Assembly (NCBI GenBank): GCA_022511395.1
Contig: JAFLRQ010000002.1
Coordinates: 4,521 to 68,520 of the forward strand
DNA: 64,000 nucleotides
Source: Agathobacter sp.
GTDB taxonomy: Bacteria > Bacillota > Clostridia > Lachnospirales > Lachnospiraceae
Direction: 5' to 3'
This document shows, piece after piece, positions 1-10,181 of this stretch. The notes beneath the pieces are model-generated. The model ran no database searches and had not been told where the DNA came from. It worked only from the letters and a program-made list of their open reading frames with translations. Numbering within the stretch: the stretch's first letter is position 1; every line of letters starts with the position of its first letter. Both the position numbers and the translations under genes were made by a program.

Positions 1-1310
1 CCTCCGTCCTGCTGTTTTGTGTGCTCGCAGATAAAGTCTACCACGCCCTCACAGGCATTTCCCTTTTCGTAACACCCCTTCCCCTCAAAGAAAGCGTCCA
101 GGCGTTTCTGATAATCTCCGTCATCAAACTCCATCACATTTTTGTTCAGCGCATCGTCACTGTCCGCAATCGCAAAGGGCGTTTCCGTCAGCGGATAATA
201 AAATCCCCGGTCGTTGACATACTGTTTGATATCCAGCGCATAGATAAATGCCGGCCGGCGGGTAAAGATGAAATCGAAGATCCAACTGGAATAATCCGTG
301 ATTCCCACATCCACCGCCGCCATCAGCTCCTGCATATCCCGGTATCCGCTCGCGTTGATGACACCTTCCATCTCCTGAAACATATCTCTTAGCAGGCGGT
401 TCTTTGCATTGTGCATGTGCATGCGCACAATCACGCGCCACTCCCCGCCGAACTTCTGCTCCATGGTCGCTTTCAGACGTTCACAGTCCATCCGAATGGA
501 GCTGACATCCGACTTGTCGTCGCGAAAAGTCGGAGCGTACATTACGGTCTTAATCTCCGAAGCCAGACCATAATATTCATACACACGCGCCCTCAGCGCG
601 CTCAATTTTTTCGGATCAAAAAAGATGTCATTGCGCGGATGTCCAACCTTTAAAAACTTTGCATGCGGCCAGAAGGACTCCGCAAACACATGCTCGTCAA
701 ACACACTGTCCGTCAAAAAATAGTCAATGGTCTTGTCCGCAGCTCTTGCAATCCTAATCCAGTGCCGGTTCCCTCCGAGTACCTTGATGCCGAGCGACCC
801 GTGCCAGGTGTTCAGATAAATCTGTCCCTTCTTCTTGGGAATCTTGCGCCACACGCAGTTGAGCGCGTTGTCAATCCAGAAATGCGCGCTGCCGAGCGCG
901 ACAAAGCTGTCCATCGTGTCCCGCTCCACCAGCCGGATCTGCTTGGGAATCTCCAGCTCCTCCCGTTTGCTGATGGTCGTCTTGTTGACAATAAAGATCA
1001 GCTCATAGTCCAGCCCTTTTTCCAGAATCTTTTCTGCAATATATTTTCCGTTGCAGGTATAGCTGTTTTGAAACTGTCCAAACACAATCCGGTTTTGCTT
1101 GATCGGCAGGCGCCTCATGTATATTGAGCGCACCAGAACCCCCAGCCCCTCCTCGATACTTGCAAAAATACGTCCGATGTAGTAGCCGATCTTTTTTTTG
1201 CAATTCGTAAGAAAATGGCCCTCCGCGAATGCAGTGATCAGGATATCTGTTTTCCTCGTCTTCTCAATATAAAATTTCTGCGTCTGCGGATCATACTGTT
1301 CCCTTATCAT
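1..1310 (-). CDS. CDP-glycerol:glycerophosphotransferase (TagF/TagB-like), 3' end runs off the window
   Basis: Manual translation from ATG at 1310 (MIREQYDPQ...NRIVFGQFQNSYTCNGKYIAEKIL...YLNTWHGSLGIK...GCYEKGNACEGVVDFI). It is a paralog of the next ORF. It is missing from the ORF track, presumably because its stop lies outside the window. Confidence 0.85.
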   Translation of the reverse strand, partial: MIREQYDPQTQKFYIEKTRKTDILITAFAEGHFLTNCKKKIGYYIGRIFASIEEGLGVLVRSIYMRRLPIKQNRIVFGQFQNSYTCNGKYIAEKILEKGLDYELIFIVNKTTISKREELEIPKQIRLVERDTMDSFVALGSAHFWIDNALNCVWRKIPKKKGQIYLNTWHGSLGIKVLGGNRHWIRIARAADKTIDYFLTDSVFDEHVFAESFWPHAKFLKVGHPRNDIFFDPKKLSALRARVYEYYGLASEIKTVMYAPTFRDDKSDVSSIRMDCERLKATMEQKFGGEWRVIVRMHMHNAKNRLLRDMFQEMEGVINASGYRDMQELMAAVDVGITDYSSWIFDFIFTRRPAFIYALDIKQYVNDRGFYYPLTETPFAIADSDDALNKNVMEFDDGDYQKRLDAFFEGKGCYEKGNACEGVVDFICEHTKQQDG

Positions 1311-1313
1311 GTC

Positions 1314-2501
1314 CTACTTCCTCTCAATTCCTTCGGTGTTGCTTACAATAAAATTCACGACCTGCTCACTCGCATTCCCTCTTTCATAACATCCCCGCGC
1401 CTGCAAAAACAATTCACACCGCTTCTTATATTCCTCACAGTCAAATTGACGAATATTTTCACACAGCCGCGCGTCATCCTCCGCGACGGCAAACGGGGTC
1501 TCGCTCAGAGGATAGTAAAATCCCCGTTCATCCGCGTAGCAGTCCTGATCTACAGTATATAGAAAAGCCGGTTTCCCTGTGAACACGAAATCAAAAATCC
1601 AACTGGAATAGTCGGTGAGTCCCGCATCCACCGCTGTCATCAGCTCCTGAATGTCCGGGTAATCACTCACATCCGTGACAAATGCGCTCTCTGTTCCCTC
1701 ACCGCCCCACAGACCATCGCCTATATCATGAAAATGGCATCGCACCAAGATCCTCCACGCCCCGCCAAAGCGTTCCGAACATGCCCCGGCAAGCTTCCCA
1801 AAATCCGGATGCCGGATCTCATGCTCCCGGAAGGTTGGCGCATACAAGAGTGTACGTTCATTTTGATCAATCTGATAGCGGAGGAAAATCTGCTGCCGGA
1901 TTTCTTCCCGGTTCTCCCTCTGAAACAGAATATCGTTCCTGGGATGTCCCACCTTAAGATGCTTCACATCCGGCCAGAAGGATTCCGAAAAGACATGCTC
2001 ATCAAACACACTGTCTGTGAGGAAATAATCAATCCTGCGGTTGCCGTACCGTGCGACAGCCCTCCAGTGACGGCTGCCGTCCAGGCGCTTGATGCCCAGA
2101 GATCCATGCCAGGTGTTCAAATACATCTGACCGGCCCGTTTCGGCACCCGCTTCCAGATACAGTTCAACCCATTGTCAATCCAAAAAGCGGAAGAAGCCT
2201 GCACGCGGAAATGCTCGCCGGAATATTTCTCTACAAGCCGGATCTCTTTTGGAATATGGTACGCATCTCGGTTCTCGCAGACCTCGCGGCTCACACAAAA
2301 AAACAGTTCGTAGTCCAGCTTCCGCCTCAAAATTTCCTCCGCAATGTACTTACAGTTGCAGGTATAAGCAGCCTGATATGTCGCAAAAAAAACACGGTTG
2401 GGCACGATTGGAACCCTCTTCAGACGAACCATCCGTCCGGCCGCGTCAAACACTTCCCTCACTGCGCGCACCGATTTTGATTGTATCTCTTTTTCCCTCA
2501 A
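1314..2501 (-). CDS. CDP-glycerol:glycerophosphotransferase (TagF/TagB-like)
   Basis: Motifs YLNTWHG, GHPRND, LYAPTFR and TDYSS. Confidence 0.9.
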   Translation of the reverse strand: MREKEIQSKSVRAVREVFDAAGRMVRLKRVPIVPNRVFFATYQAAYTCNCKYIAEEILRRKLDYELFFCVSREVCENRDAYHIPKEIRLVEKYSGEHFRVQASSAFWIDNGLNCIWKRVPKRAGQMYLNTWHGSLGIKRLDGSRHWRAVARYGNRRIDYFLTDSVFDEHVFSESFWPDVKHLKVGHPRNDILFQRENREEIRQQIFLRYQIDQNERTLLYAPTFREHEIRHPDFGKLAGACSERFGGAWRILVRCHFHDIGDGLWGGEGTESAFVTDVSDYPDIQELMTAVDAGLTDYSSWIFDFVFTGKPAFLYTVDQDCYADERGFYYPLSETPFAVAEDDARLCENIRQFDCEEYKKRCELFLQARGCYERGNASEQVVNFIVSNTEGIERK

Positions 2502-2514
2502 ATTACAATCCCTC

Positions 2515-3423
2515 TTACAGCTTCAGTTCATACAAAACATGGTACTCCCTCTCCTCCTCCGGCGGCAGCCGCATGTAGTCCTCCCCAAACAATTGCCGCA
2601 GATATTCCGTTTTCATCTGCGAGATCATAAATTCCCTTCCCTCAAAAAGAATCGGCTCCAGCGACAGAAACGGTTTTCTGGGATATATCTCTCCGCGAAA
2701 GTGTCCTTTTCCGGACGGCATCACCACATAATCCGTGTTCTCGTCCCTGCATTTGGACAGACATCTTTGAATTTTCCGATACCAGAATCCGTGCGCCGGC
2801 GCGAACAGCATTCCAATCATGCCCTTGACTCTCACCAGAAACACTGCCCTGCGCGTGCCGGCAGCCAGTTCCAAATACTCTCTCCTCCATGTGTACATGC
2901 GCCAGCAGGACAGGATCAAAAGTCCAAGATCGCACTGCACACCATGGAAAAAACGCCGGATTCGTCCGGAATAGGTATTCTCGATGGGGAAAATATCAAT
3001 TTTCACCCCGCATTTGTCCCGCTCCTGCATCCGACGTTCCCGAAAAACGGTTCCGTTCCTGTGTATCTGGACAAAGGAACTCCAGTATTCCGGTGTCCTT
3101 AGAGGCGCTTCAATATAGTACTTGTCCCCATACTCCGCCTCGACGGCATCCAGCAGCCTCTCAATACAGCTTCTCGGAACATTGATGTCAATGTCGTCAT
3201 CCCACGGGATAAAGCCCTGATGCCGGACGGCGCCAAGCGCGGTTCCCCCGCCCAGCATATAAGGAATCCCCTCCCTCTCACAGACAGCGGCGATATCAGT
3301 TAGTATCTCCAGAGATATCTGTTTTAACCGGGCCAGCTCCTCCCCCGTGATCCGGTGCATCTTCCTGGCCAGCTCTGTCTTGAGCAGCCGGTTGGTCTCC
3401 ATCCACGCCATTGCCCTCACCAT
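2515..3423 (-). CDS. LicD family nucleotidyl/phosphotransferase
   Basis: GGTALGAVRHQGFIPWDDDIDI and IDIFP motifs. Start codon uncertain (3423, 3411 or 3402). Confidence 0.9.
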   Translation of the reverse strand: MVRAMAWMETNRLLKTELARKMHRITGEELARLKQISLEILTDIAAVCEREGIPYMLGGGTALGAVRHQGFIPWDDDIDINVPRSCIERLLDAVEAEYGDKYYIEAPLRTPEYWSSFVQIHRNGTVFRERRMQERDKCGVKIDIFPIENTYSGRIRRFFHGVQCDLGLLILSCWRMYTWRREYLELAAGTRRAVFLVRVKGMIGMLFAPAHGFWYRKIQRCLSKCRDENTDYVVMPSGKGHFRGEIYPRKPFLSLEPILFEGREFMISQMKTEYLRQLFGEDYMRLPPEEEREYHVLYELKL

Positions 3424-4249
3424 TCAAACCCTTCCGCAATGCCCGTCGCCTTGCCTTTTTACGCCTTTTCTTCCTCTTCTTCTTCTCTCTGTCAAGCGCC
3501 CTTTGCTCCTCCGTGATCGCCGCGTATTCCGCGCCCACCTGATCAATTCCGCCGACGGCGCGCACCGTCCCGTTTTCCAGAATCAGCGCCTTATTGCAGA
3601 TCTTGCGGACCTGGCTGAGCGAGTGCGACACCAACAGCACCGTGACTCCCTGGTCAAACATGCTGCGAATTTTTGCCATGCTCTTCTTTTTAAACCGCGC
3701 ATCACCCACCGACAAGACTTCATCCAGAATCAGAATGTCGGGATTCACCGCCGTGCAGATTGCAAAACCCAGCCGTGACTTCATGCCCGAGGAGTAATTT
3801 TTCAGCGGCACATCCAAAAAATTCTCCAGCTCGGAGAACGAAACGATCTCGTCAAATTTTTCTTCGATAAATTCCTTGGAGTAGCCCAGCACCGCACCGT
3901 ACAGATAGATATTTTCCCGCGCTGTATACTGCGGCTCAAACCCTGCCCCCAGCTCGAGCAGAGGGGCAATGACGCCCTTTCTCTTCACTTTTCCCTCTGT
4001 GGGTTTATACACGCCGGCAATCACCTTGAGCAGCGTGCTCTTCCCGGCTCCGTTCAAGCCCAGAATCCCTATGCGGTCTCCCCGGTAAAGGGTAAAGCTG
4101 ACATCCTTAAGCGCCCAGAACTCTCTGTAGCGCAATTGTTTTTGAACAAATTTTAGACAGAATTCCTTCAGAGAATCCACTTTTTCCTGACTGAGGTTAA
4201 ATTTGACTCCCACATGGTCAACCTTAACCGCGATCTCTCTCTCACCCAT
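3296..4249 (-). CDS. Polysaccharide/teichoic acid ABC exporter ATPase (Wzt/TagH-like)
   Basis: Walker A GLNGAGKST, signature YSSGM, Walker B ILILDE; basic C-terminal tail. Confidence 0.9.
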   Translation of the reverse strand: MGEREIAVKVDHVGVKFNLSQEKVDSLKEFCLKFVQKQLRYREFWALKDVSFTLYRGDRIGILGLNGAGKSTLLKVIAGVYKPTEGKVKRKGVIAPLLELGAGFEPQYTARENIYLYGAVLGYSKEFIEEKFDEIVSFSELENFLDVPLKNYSSGMKSRLGFAICTAVNPDILILDEVLSVGDARFKKKSMAKIRSMFDQGVTVLLVSHSLSQVRKICNKALILENGTVRAVGGIDQVGAEYAAITEEQRALDREKKKRKKRRKKARRRALRKGLNGEGNGVDGDQPAAQDRAGQEDAPDHGGGAGPVKTDISGDTN

Positions 4250-4258
4250 AGCCAACCT

Positions 4259-5029
4259 CTATATGTGAAGGATAAAATCCTCCTGCTTTTTCTTAAACAA
4301 CACAATTCCCAGCACCAGCGAACCAAAGCTCCATGCCGCGACATACAAATATCTGCCCGCGCTCACCGAGTACCCCAGCAGACCTCCGCGACACATCTCG
4401 ATGATATGATAGATCGGATTGTAGTCTAAGATCCATGCATAGCCGCTCCTTAACAGTCGCTCCGGATAGTAGAAAATCGCGCTCATGTACATGATGACAA
4501 GGAGCAGGATATTCCATAAATATTCGACATCCCGAAAAAAAACAGCCAGCGTGCTTAAAATAAGTCCCACCCCCAGCGTCAGGATAAACAAAAATACAAG
4601 CGCAGGGATAAACTGGACAATATGCCAGGTGGGAATTACCTTGCAGTAAATATCCACCGCGACAAGGGCAATCAGCGAGATCAGAAAAAAGACAAACGTA
4701 TCGATCACGCTTGACAGCGGATACAGGTACTTGGGAATATAAACCTTTTTAATCATGGGAGCATTGCTTCGGATAGATCTGGCGGCCGACTTCGTCCCTG
4801 ATGTGAAACAGGAATAAATCAAACGGCCGGTAATTACATACAGCGGAAATCCCGGTTTTCTGCCGAAAAGCGTTCCAAAAACCATCACCAGCACGCAGGT
4901 CATCAAAAGCGGCTCGATCAGTGACCATAGGATTCCCAAATACGATCGGCGGTATTTCAAGCGGATTCCCTTTTTTACAAGCTCTCCCAGGAGAAACCTG
5001 TAATTGAAAAATGCCTTGATATAGTTCAT
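4259..5029 (-). CDS. ABC-2 exporter permease (Wzm/TagG-like)
   Basis: KYRRSYLGILWSLIEP and FFRD...NP motifs; about 6 hydrophobic helices. Confidence 0.9.
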   Translation of the reverse strand: MNYIKAFFNYRFLLGELVKKGIRLKYRRSYLGILWSLIEPLLMTCVLVMVFGTLFGRKPGFPLYVITGRLIYSCFTSGTKSAARSIRSNAPMIKKVYIPKYLYPLSSVIDTFVFFLISLIALVAVDIYCKVIPTWHIVQFIPALVFLFILTLGVGLILSTLAVFFRDVEYLWNILLLVIMYMSAIFYYPERLLRSGYAWILDYNPIYHIIEMCRGGLLGYSVSAGRYLYVAAWSFGSLVLGIVLFKKKQEDFILHI

Positions 5030-5051
5030 AATACGTCTCCTCAATGTGCGT

Positions 5052-5801
5052 TCACATACGCTTTCTCAGCGCATGGTACACATAACCCACAAAACACCAG
5101 CAGGACTTCCACAGCGGAAGCTGCAGGTAATGGCGAAAAATATTCCAGTTCCAGACAGCCGCCCGCCTCTTGTCCGCGCTGGCGGAATTGCCGGCGGCCC
5201 GGTACTGCGCCAGCACCTCATCGAGCCCGTACACCGTCCCCCCGGCCTGCAGCAGATGCAGCCACGCAGCGTAGTCCTCATGCGGAATCCGGGGCATTTC
5301 AATGTCTGCAAAATACTCGCGGTCGATCATCACCGTGAGGCAGGCAATCGGATTGCCCTTGAGCAATTGCTTATAGGAAACCTCCCTGGGCACATGCCGA
5401 ATCTGTCCGGTCAAGGCTCCGTCCTCGTCGATCACCTCGCAGGCTGTGTGCGAAAAATGTGCGCCGGTGCTGCGCATAAATGCCAGCTGCCGCTCCAGCT
5501 TCTCGGGCATCCACAAATCATCACTGTCCAAAAAGGCAATATATTTTCCGGCTGCATACCCGATGGCAGTATTCCGCGCGCACGCAATTCCCCCGTTTTC
5601 CGGCTGGCGGAAATAGCGGATCCTCTGATCCGTCCGGGCAAATTCCAAAACGATTGCCGGGGAATCGTCCGTGGAGCAGTCATCCACAATGATCATTTCC
5701 CAATCCGGATATGTTTGCGCGAGAACCGACTGAATCGTCTGCGCAATATAGCGCTTCGCATTGTACATCGGCGTAATGATCGATACCCGATTACTTTCCA
5801 T
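5052..5801 (-). CDS. Glycosyltransferase family 2 (TuaG-like)
   Basis: SIITPMYN, VDDCSTD, FLDSDD and HEDY motifs. Confidence 0.9.
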   Translation of the reverse strand: MESNRVSIITPMYNAKRYIAQTIQSVLAQTYPDWEMIIVDDCSTDDSPAIVLEFARTDQRIRYFRQPENGGIACARNTAIGYAAGKYIAFLDSDDLWMPEKLERQLAFMRSTGAHFSHTACEVIDEDGALTGQIRHVPREVSYKQLLKGNPIACLTVMIDREYFADIEMPRIPHEDYAAWLHLLQAGGTVYGLDEVLAQYRAAGNSASADKRRAAVWNWNIFRHYLQLPLWKSCWCFVGYVYHALRKRM

Positions 5802-7188
5802 ACAGCTTTTGTCCTTTTTTGATCGCTGTGACCTGCTGCTCGTCCACCCCTTCCGTATTCTCCCTCATAAAGAGTACCTTGAAGGTCAGAAACAGAATCT
5901 TGATATCCATCCACAGCGAATAACTCTCGATATAAGTCAAATCCAGCTTGAGCTTGTCATAGGGCGTCGTGTTGTATTTGCCATACACCTGCGCATACCC
6001 GGTCAGCCCGGCCTTCACCTTGAGCCTCAGCACAAATTCCGGAATTTCCTTCGTATATTTCTCTGCGATCTCCGGCCGCTCCGGTCTTGGTCCCACCATA
6101 GACATATCGCCCTTTAAAATATTAAACAGCTGCGGGAGCTCGTCGAAATGGATCGCACGAATCAGCCACCCCACCGGAGTAACCCTGTCGTCCTTCTTTG
6201 CCGCAAGCCTCGCCCCCTCCTTCTCGGAGTCCACAGACATGCTGCGGAACTTATAGATCATAAAAATCCTGCCATCCCGGGTCAGGCGTTTCTGCTTGTA
6301 CAAAATCGGGCCGCGGTCATAGAGCTTGATCCCGATGGAAATCATCAGCATAAACGGAAATGCAATCACAATACCGATCAATGCCAGCACAATATCCGCC
6401 ACGCGCTTGACAAAGAGCTCCACGATACTCAAGCCTTGATTTCTTGACAAAAGGAGCGGCGTGTCAAACAGATGAATGTCATCCGCCCCCCGGAACAAAA
6501 TATCGGAAATTTTGGGAGTCACGTATGTGCGGACAGACTCCTGGTAGCAGAATTTCATGATCTGATTGCGCGCCTCAGCCGGCAGGTCACACAGCACCAC
6601 GGCATTGTAGTGCAGGATCATGGGATACAGTTTTTCATAGCCCACCCGGTAACTCACAGAGGCACAGATGTTATACTTGTCCTTTCGCGTGTTGATCTTT
6701 GCGATCAGCTCGTCCGGCGCGTAGTTGCCGTAAATAACCAGCATCTGCCTCGGCGGGTAAAGGCGCCGGTATGCATTTCGGACAAGAATCACCCACTGCA
6801 CCAGAAAGCAGATATCCATAAGCGCCATAAGGATGAGTGGCTGCGCAGGCAGGTAATCGTTTGCAACCAGACAGATTTCCAGATATGTGACGCCCGTGGA
6901 CAAAATCACAGCCAGCGTCTGGGACAGAACAATGTCCGACAGGCGCATATAGCCGATGCGATAGCCTCCGAATACCTTGGTGAAAAAAAACACAAACAGC
7001 ACGTACAGACCAATCACAGCCCAGTTTCCGCGCCGCCAAAGCCTGTTTTCTTCGTCGAGCATCGGGATATAAACGATATACCACAGCCATGCAAACACCG
7101 CCGCCTCAACGGCCAGCGAAATCACATTGGCCGTAAAATTCAACAGATGCTTATATTTCTCCCTCATATTAACATTATCCTCTGTCAT
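5791..7188 (-). CDS. Priming undecaprenyl-phosphate glycosyl-1-phosphate transferase
   Basis: N-terminal TM helices; KFRSM, DELPQLFNILKGDMSMVGPRP and GLTGYAQV motifs. Alternative start at 7167. Confidence 0.9.
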   Translation of the reverse strand: MTEDNVNMREKYKHLLNFTANVISLAVEAAVFAWLWYIVYIPMLDEENRLWRRGNWAVIGLYVLFVFFFTKVFGGYRIGYMRLSDIVLSQTLAVILSTGVTYLEICLVANDYLPAQPLILMALMDICFLVQWVILVRNAYRRLYPPRQMLVIYGNYAPDELIAKINTRKDKYNICASVSYRVGYEKLYPMILHYNAVVLCDLPAEARNQIMKFCYQESVRTYVTPKISDILFRGADDIHLFDTPLLLSRNQGLSIVELFVKRVADIVLALIGIVIAFPFMLMISIGIKLYDRGPILYKQKRLTRDGRIFMIYKFRSMSVDSEKEGARLAAKKDDRVTPVGWLIRAIHFDELPQLFNILKGDMSMVGPRPERPEIAEKYTKEIPEFVLRLKVKAGLTGYAQVYGKYNTTPYDKLKLDLTYIESYSLWMDIKILFLTFKVLFMRENTEGVDEQQVTAIKKGQKLYGK

Positions 7189-7205
7189 ATCAAAAATATA
7201 CGCGC

Positions 7206-7469
7206 TTACTCTCCCAAGCCGCCCTCAACAAGCGCAGCCAAGACCTCAAGTGCCTCGTCCTCATCCTCTCCTTCGCAGACCAAGGTAATCTCGTCGCCGG
7301 ACTTGATGCACGCCCCAAGAACACTCAAAACACTCTTCGCGTTTGCAATGTTTCCGCTGTATTCAAAAGTCACCTTGCATTTGAATTTCATCGCCTCTTT
7401 ACACAAATTTCCCGCCGGGCGCAGATGAAGCCCGGTGGGATTTGTAATCTTCACAAGTTTTGATACCAC
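7206..7469 (-). CDS. HPr family phosphocarrier
   Basis: GLHLRPA (His15/Arg17) and NAKS (Ser46). Confidence 0.88.
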   Translation of the reverse strand: MVSKLVKITNPTGLHLRPAGNLCKEAMKFKCKVTFEYSGNIANAKSVLSVLGACIKSGDEITLVCEGEDEDEALEVLAALVEGGLGE

Positions 7470-7483
7470 GTAAAAAACCCCCC

Positions 7484-8833
7484 TTATAACATCACTTTGG
7501 TGATTAACTCAGCCAGACGTCCGGCCTCCTCTTCAATCACCTTTTGATCCTTTCCCTCAATCATGACGCGAACCAGCGGCTCCGTGCCGGAGGGCCGAAT
7601 AAGGACTCTGCCCTCCCCCGCGAATTTCTGTTCCAAGGCCGAGATCGCATCTGCGATCTGCTCGTACTCCATATAGCTCTCTTTTTTGTGATTCGGCACC
7701 TTTGCATTCACAAGCGCCTGCGGCAAAACCTCCATGACAGATGCAAGCTCCGACAGCTTTTTGCCGGTAGCCTCCATCACCTGCAGAAGATGAAGCGCCG
7801 AAAGAAGGCCGTCTCCGGTTGTATTGTCGTCGAGAAATATGATATGCCCGGACTGCTCCCCGCCAAGATTAAAGCCATTCTCCAGCATATTTTCCAGCAC
7901 ATAGCGGTCTCCCACCTTCGTCTTTTCAATGTGGATCCCCTGTTTTTCTCCCATCAGGGAAAAGCCCAGATTCGTCATAACCGTGACAACAATGGTATTC
8001 TTTTTCAGCTTGCCGGTCTCTTTGAGGTAGTTGCCGCAGATGGCCATGATTTCGTCTCCGTCCACCAGCTTTCCATTCTCGTCTACCGCAAGCATGCGGT
8101 CTGCGTCCCCGTCGAATGCAATTCCGATGTCCGCCCGCTCCGACACCACCCTCGCCATGAGTTCATCCATGTGTGTGCTGCCGCAGTTGGCGTTGATGTT
8201 GGTTCCGTCCGGATTCGTATGGATCGCAATGAGCTGCGCGCCGAGATCCCGCAGGGTCTTTACAGAGGTGTAAGAGCTCGCGCCCTCCGCGCAGTCCACA
8301 ACAATCTTAAATCCCGACAAATTTACAGGAACCGTCTTCTTCTCAAACGCAATGTACTCATCCACAATATCCGGACGGTATTCCACCCGCCCGATACCCG
8401 GACCAATCGGAAACACAATGTCCTCCATATTGTTGCGAATCAACGCCTCAATCTCATCCTCCAGTGTGTCGGAGAGCTTGTAGCCCTCCCCATTGAAAAA
8501 CTTGATTCCATTAAATTCCATCGGATTGTGGGACGCAGAAATGACCACCCCCGCATCCACCTTATGTTTCTTCGTCAGGTATGCAATCGCCGGAGTCGGG
8601 GCAACCCCGACATAAATTGCGTTCGCCCCGACGGAGCAGACCCCTGCCATCAGTGCGTTAGCCAGCATTCCTCCTGAAATTCTGGTATCGCAGCCAACAA
8701 TGATTGTCGGCTGGTGCAGCTGCTCCTTTGTAAGGACATACGCGCCGGCCTGCCCCAGCTTCATGGCAAGCTCTATTGTGAGCTCCGTTCCCGCAACTCC
8801 CCGCACGCCGTCCGTCCCAAACATTCTCGCCAT
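7484..8833 (-). CDS. glmM: Phosphoglucosamine mutase
   Basis: [28 protein letters not shown] and RPSGTEP motifs; follows cdaA-cdaR. Confidence 0.96.
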   Translation of the reverse strand: MARMFGTDGVRGVAGTELTIELAMKLGQAGAYVLTKEQLHQPTIIVGCDTRISGGMLANALMAGVCSVGANAIYVGVAPTPAIAYLTKKHKVDAGVVISASHNPMEFNGIKFFNGEGYKLSDTLEDEIEALIRNNMEDIVFPIGPGIGRVEYRPDIVDEYIAFEKKTVPVNLSGFKIVVDCAEGASSYTSVKTLRDLGAQLIAIHTNPDGTNINANCGSTHMDELMARVVSERADIGIAFDGDADRMLAVDENGKLVDGDEIMAICGNYLKETGKLKKNTIVVTVMTNLGFSLMGEKQGIHIEKTKVGDRYVLENMLENGFNLGGEQSGHIIFLDDNTTGDGLLSALHLLQVMEATGKKLSELASVMEVLPQALVNAKVPNHKKESYMEYEQIADAISALEQKFAGEGRVLIRPSGTEPLVRVMIEGKDQKVIEEEAGRLAELITKVML

Positions 8834-8834
8834 A

Positions 8835-10181
8835 TTATGGTTCCTCCGAATTATTTTCCCCCGGTTCATCGTTCCCGTCATTACCCCCAGAGATACCGGG
8901 ACCGGTCCCCGCCTCCGTCTCATCTGCGCCAATTTCCGAAATCGTCACCTCCGCAGTGACATCCTGACAAGTAAACTTTTCCTCCGGAAGGTTGATCGCG
9001 ACCGGCAGGCGATGGCTTCCCGGTTCGAGTCCTCCCGCATCGACCACTCCGGTAATGTCGTTTGCATTCAGCTCCTCAAAGTCCTTCTCAAACGCACTGA
9101 CCGAGACATTGACCCACGGACTTGCAAATCTCAGCTCATAGTTCTCAGCCAAGCCCTCCACCGTAATCTGGTCTCTCCTAATCTGATACCTCATTGTCCG
9201 GTAGGGCTCGACCGTCACCTTCACCGACACAATGCCGTCTGACGCGTCAAGCAGACTGATCCCCTCCGGCAATGAGTCCTGCACCTCCACTGTCGTAATG
9301 ATTTCCCCGTTCGCTCCGTCCACATTGACCATATCTCCCGAAACATGGATGGCAGAGAGCACATTGACCGCGGAAGCAGTCCCCTTTATTTTTATCTTTT
9401 CCGGCTCAGCCGCCACGCTGCTCACCCGGTATCCGGGCGCCGGTGTTCCGCTGGTGGAAACGCGCACCGGAACCTCGCGAACCACAAGAATCCGGGCGGA
9501 AATGGTCACGGTGTTGTTGCTCAAGGTCAGTCTTGTGGTGTCAATCTCGTTGCCGTCCGCGTCGTAGAGAATCGGAATAACATTGTCAAAAAGATTGACG
9601 GACATCCCCTCCACGTCAATAAACGCCACCACTCTGGCAATCGTTTCGACAATGGACTTCGGCCCGGACACCTTTAGCACATTCGGGTTTGGCACAGTCA
9701 CTTCGCCAAGCGCATAGCCCTCCGCCACCGTTCCTGTGGTTGATGCATTGACCATATATTGCTTGCTCACCATATCCTCCAGCGCAAGCTTTAATGTCTT
9801 CCGATTCAGGTAGGTCAGCGCACTGTTCGACCGGTTGCTGGTGATCTCGATCGGAACCGTTCCCGTGGTTCCCTTCGAATCCGTGATCATTTGATTTAAA
9901 TCCGCTGACGCCCGAAAATTACTGTTTTCCAGATTTTTTAAAATACTGCGCTTTGCCGTCACAGAAAACGACACAATGTTTGTGCCGTCCAAAACCTGAT
10001 AGCACTTGTTCTGCTCCGTCAAAGTCGCCGCGTTCTCGATCACCACGTTTGTCATGTAGGTCTGCGTGATATTCGGGTCATCCATATTATATACGATCAG
10101 CCACAGAATAAATGCCAGGCCAACTGCAAGAATTTTAAAAGGCAGATTTTTCGTCAATACCTTAAGAATGTTTCTTACCAT
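8835..10181 (-). CDS. cdaR: CdaR/YbbR-domain regulator of diadenylate cyclase
   Basis: N-terminal TM helix plus repeated beta-rich YbbR-like units; lies between cdaA and glmM. Confidence 0.85.
   Translation of the reverse strand: MVRNILKVLTKNLPFKILAVGLAFILWLIVYNMDDPNITQTYMTNVVIENAATLTEQNKCYQVLDGTNIVSFSVTAKRSILKNLENSNFRASADLNQMITDSKGTTGTVPIEITSNRSNSALTYLNRKTLKLALEDMVSKQYMVNASTTGTVAEGYALGEVTVPNPNVLKVSGPKSIVETIARVVAFIDVEGMSVNLFDNVIPILYDADGNEIDTTRLTLSNNTVTISARILVVREVPVRVSTSGTPAPGYRVSSVAAEPEKIKIKGTASAVNVLSAIHVSGDMVNVDGANGEIITTVEVQDSLPEGISLLDASDGIVSVKVTVEPYRTMRYQIRRDQITVEGLAENYELRFASPWVNVSVSAFEKDFEELNANDITGVVDAGGLEPGSHRLPVAINLPEEKFTCQDVTAEVTISEIGADETEAGTGPGISGGNDGNDEPGENNSEEP

Noticed and set aside
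1192-1199. Homopolymer run as a phase-variation tract in the TagF-like gene
   Set aside because: Only 8 nt, in frame, encoding Lys codons; too weak to call.
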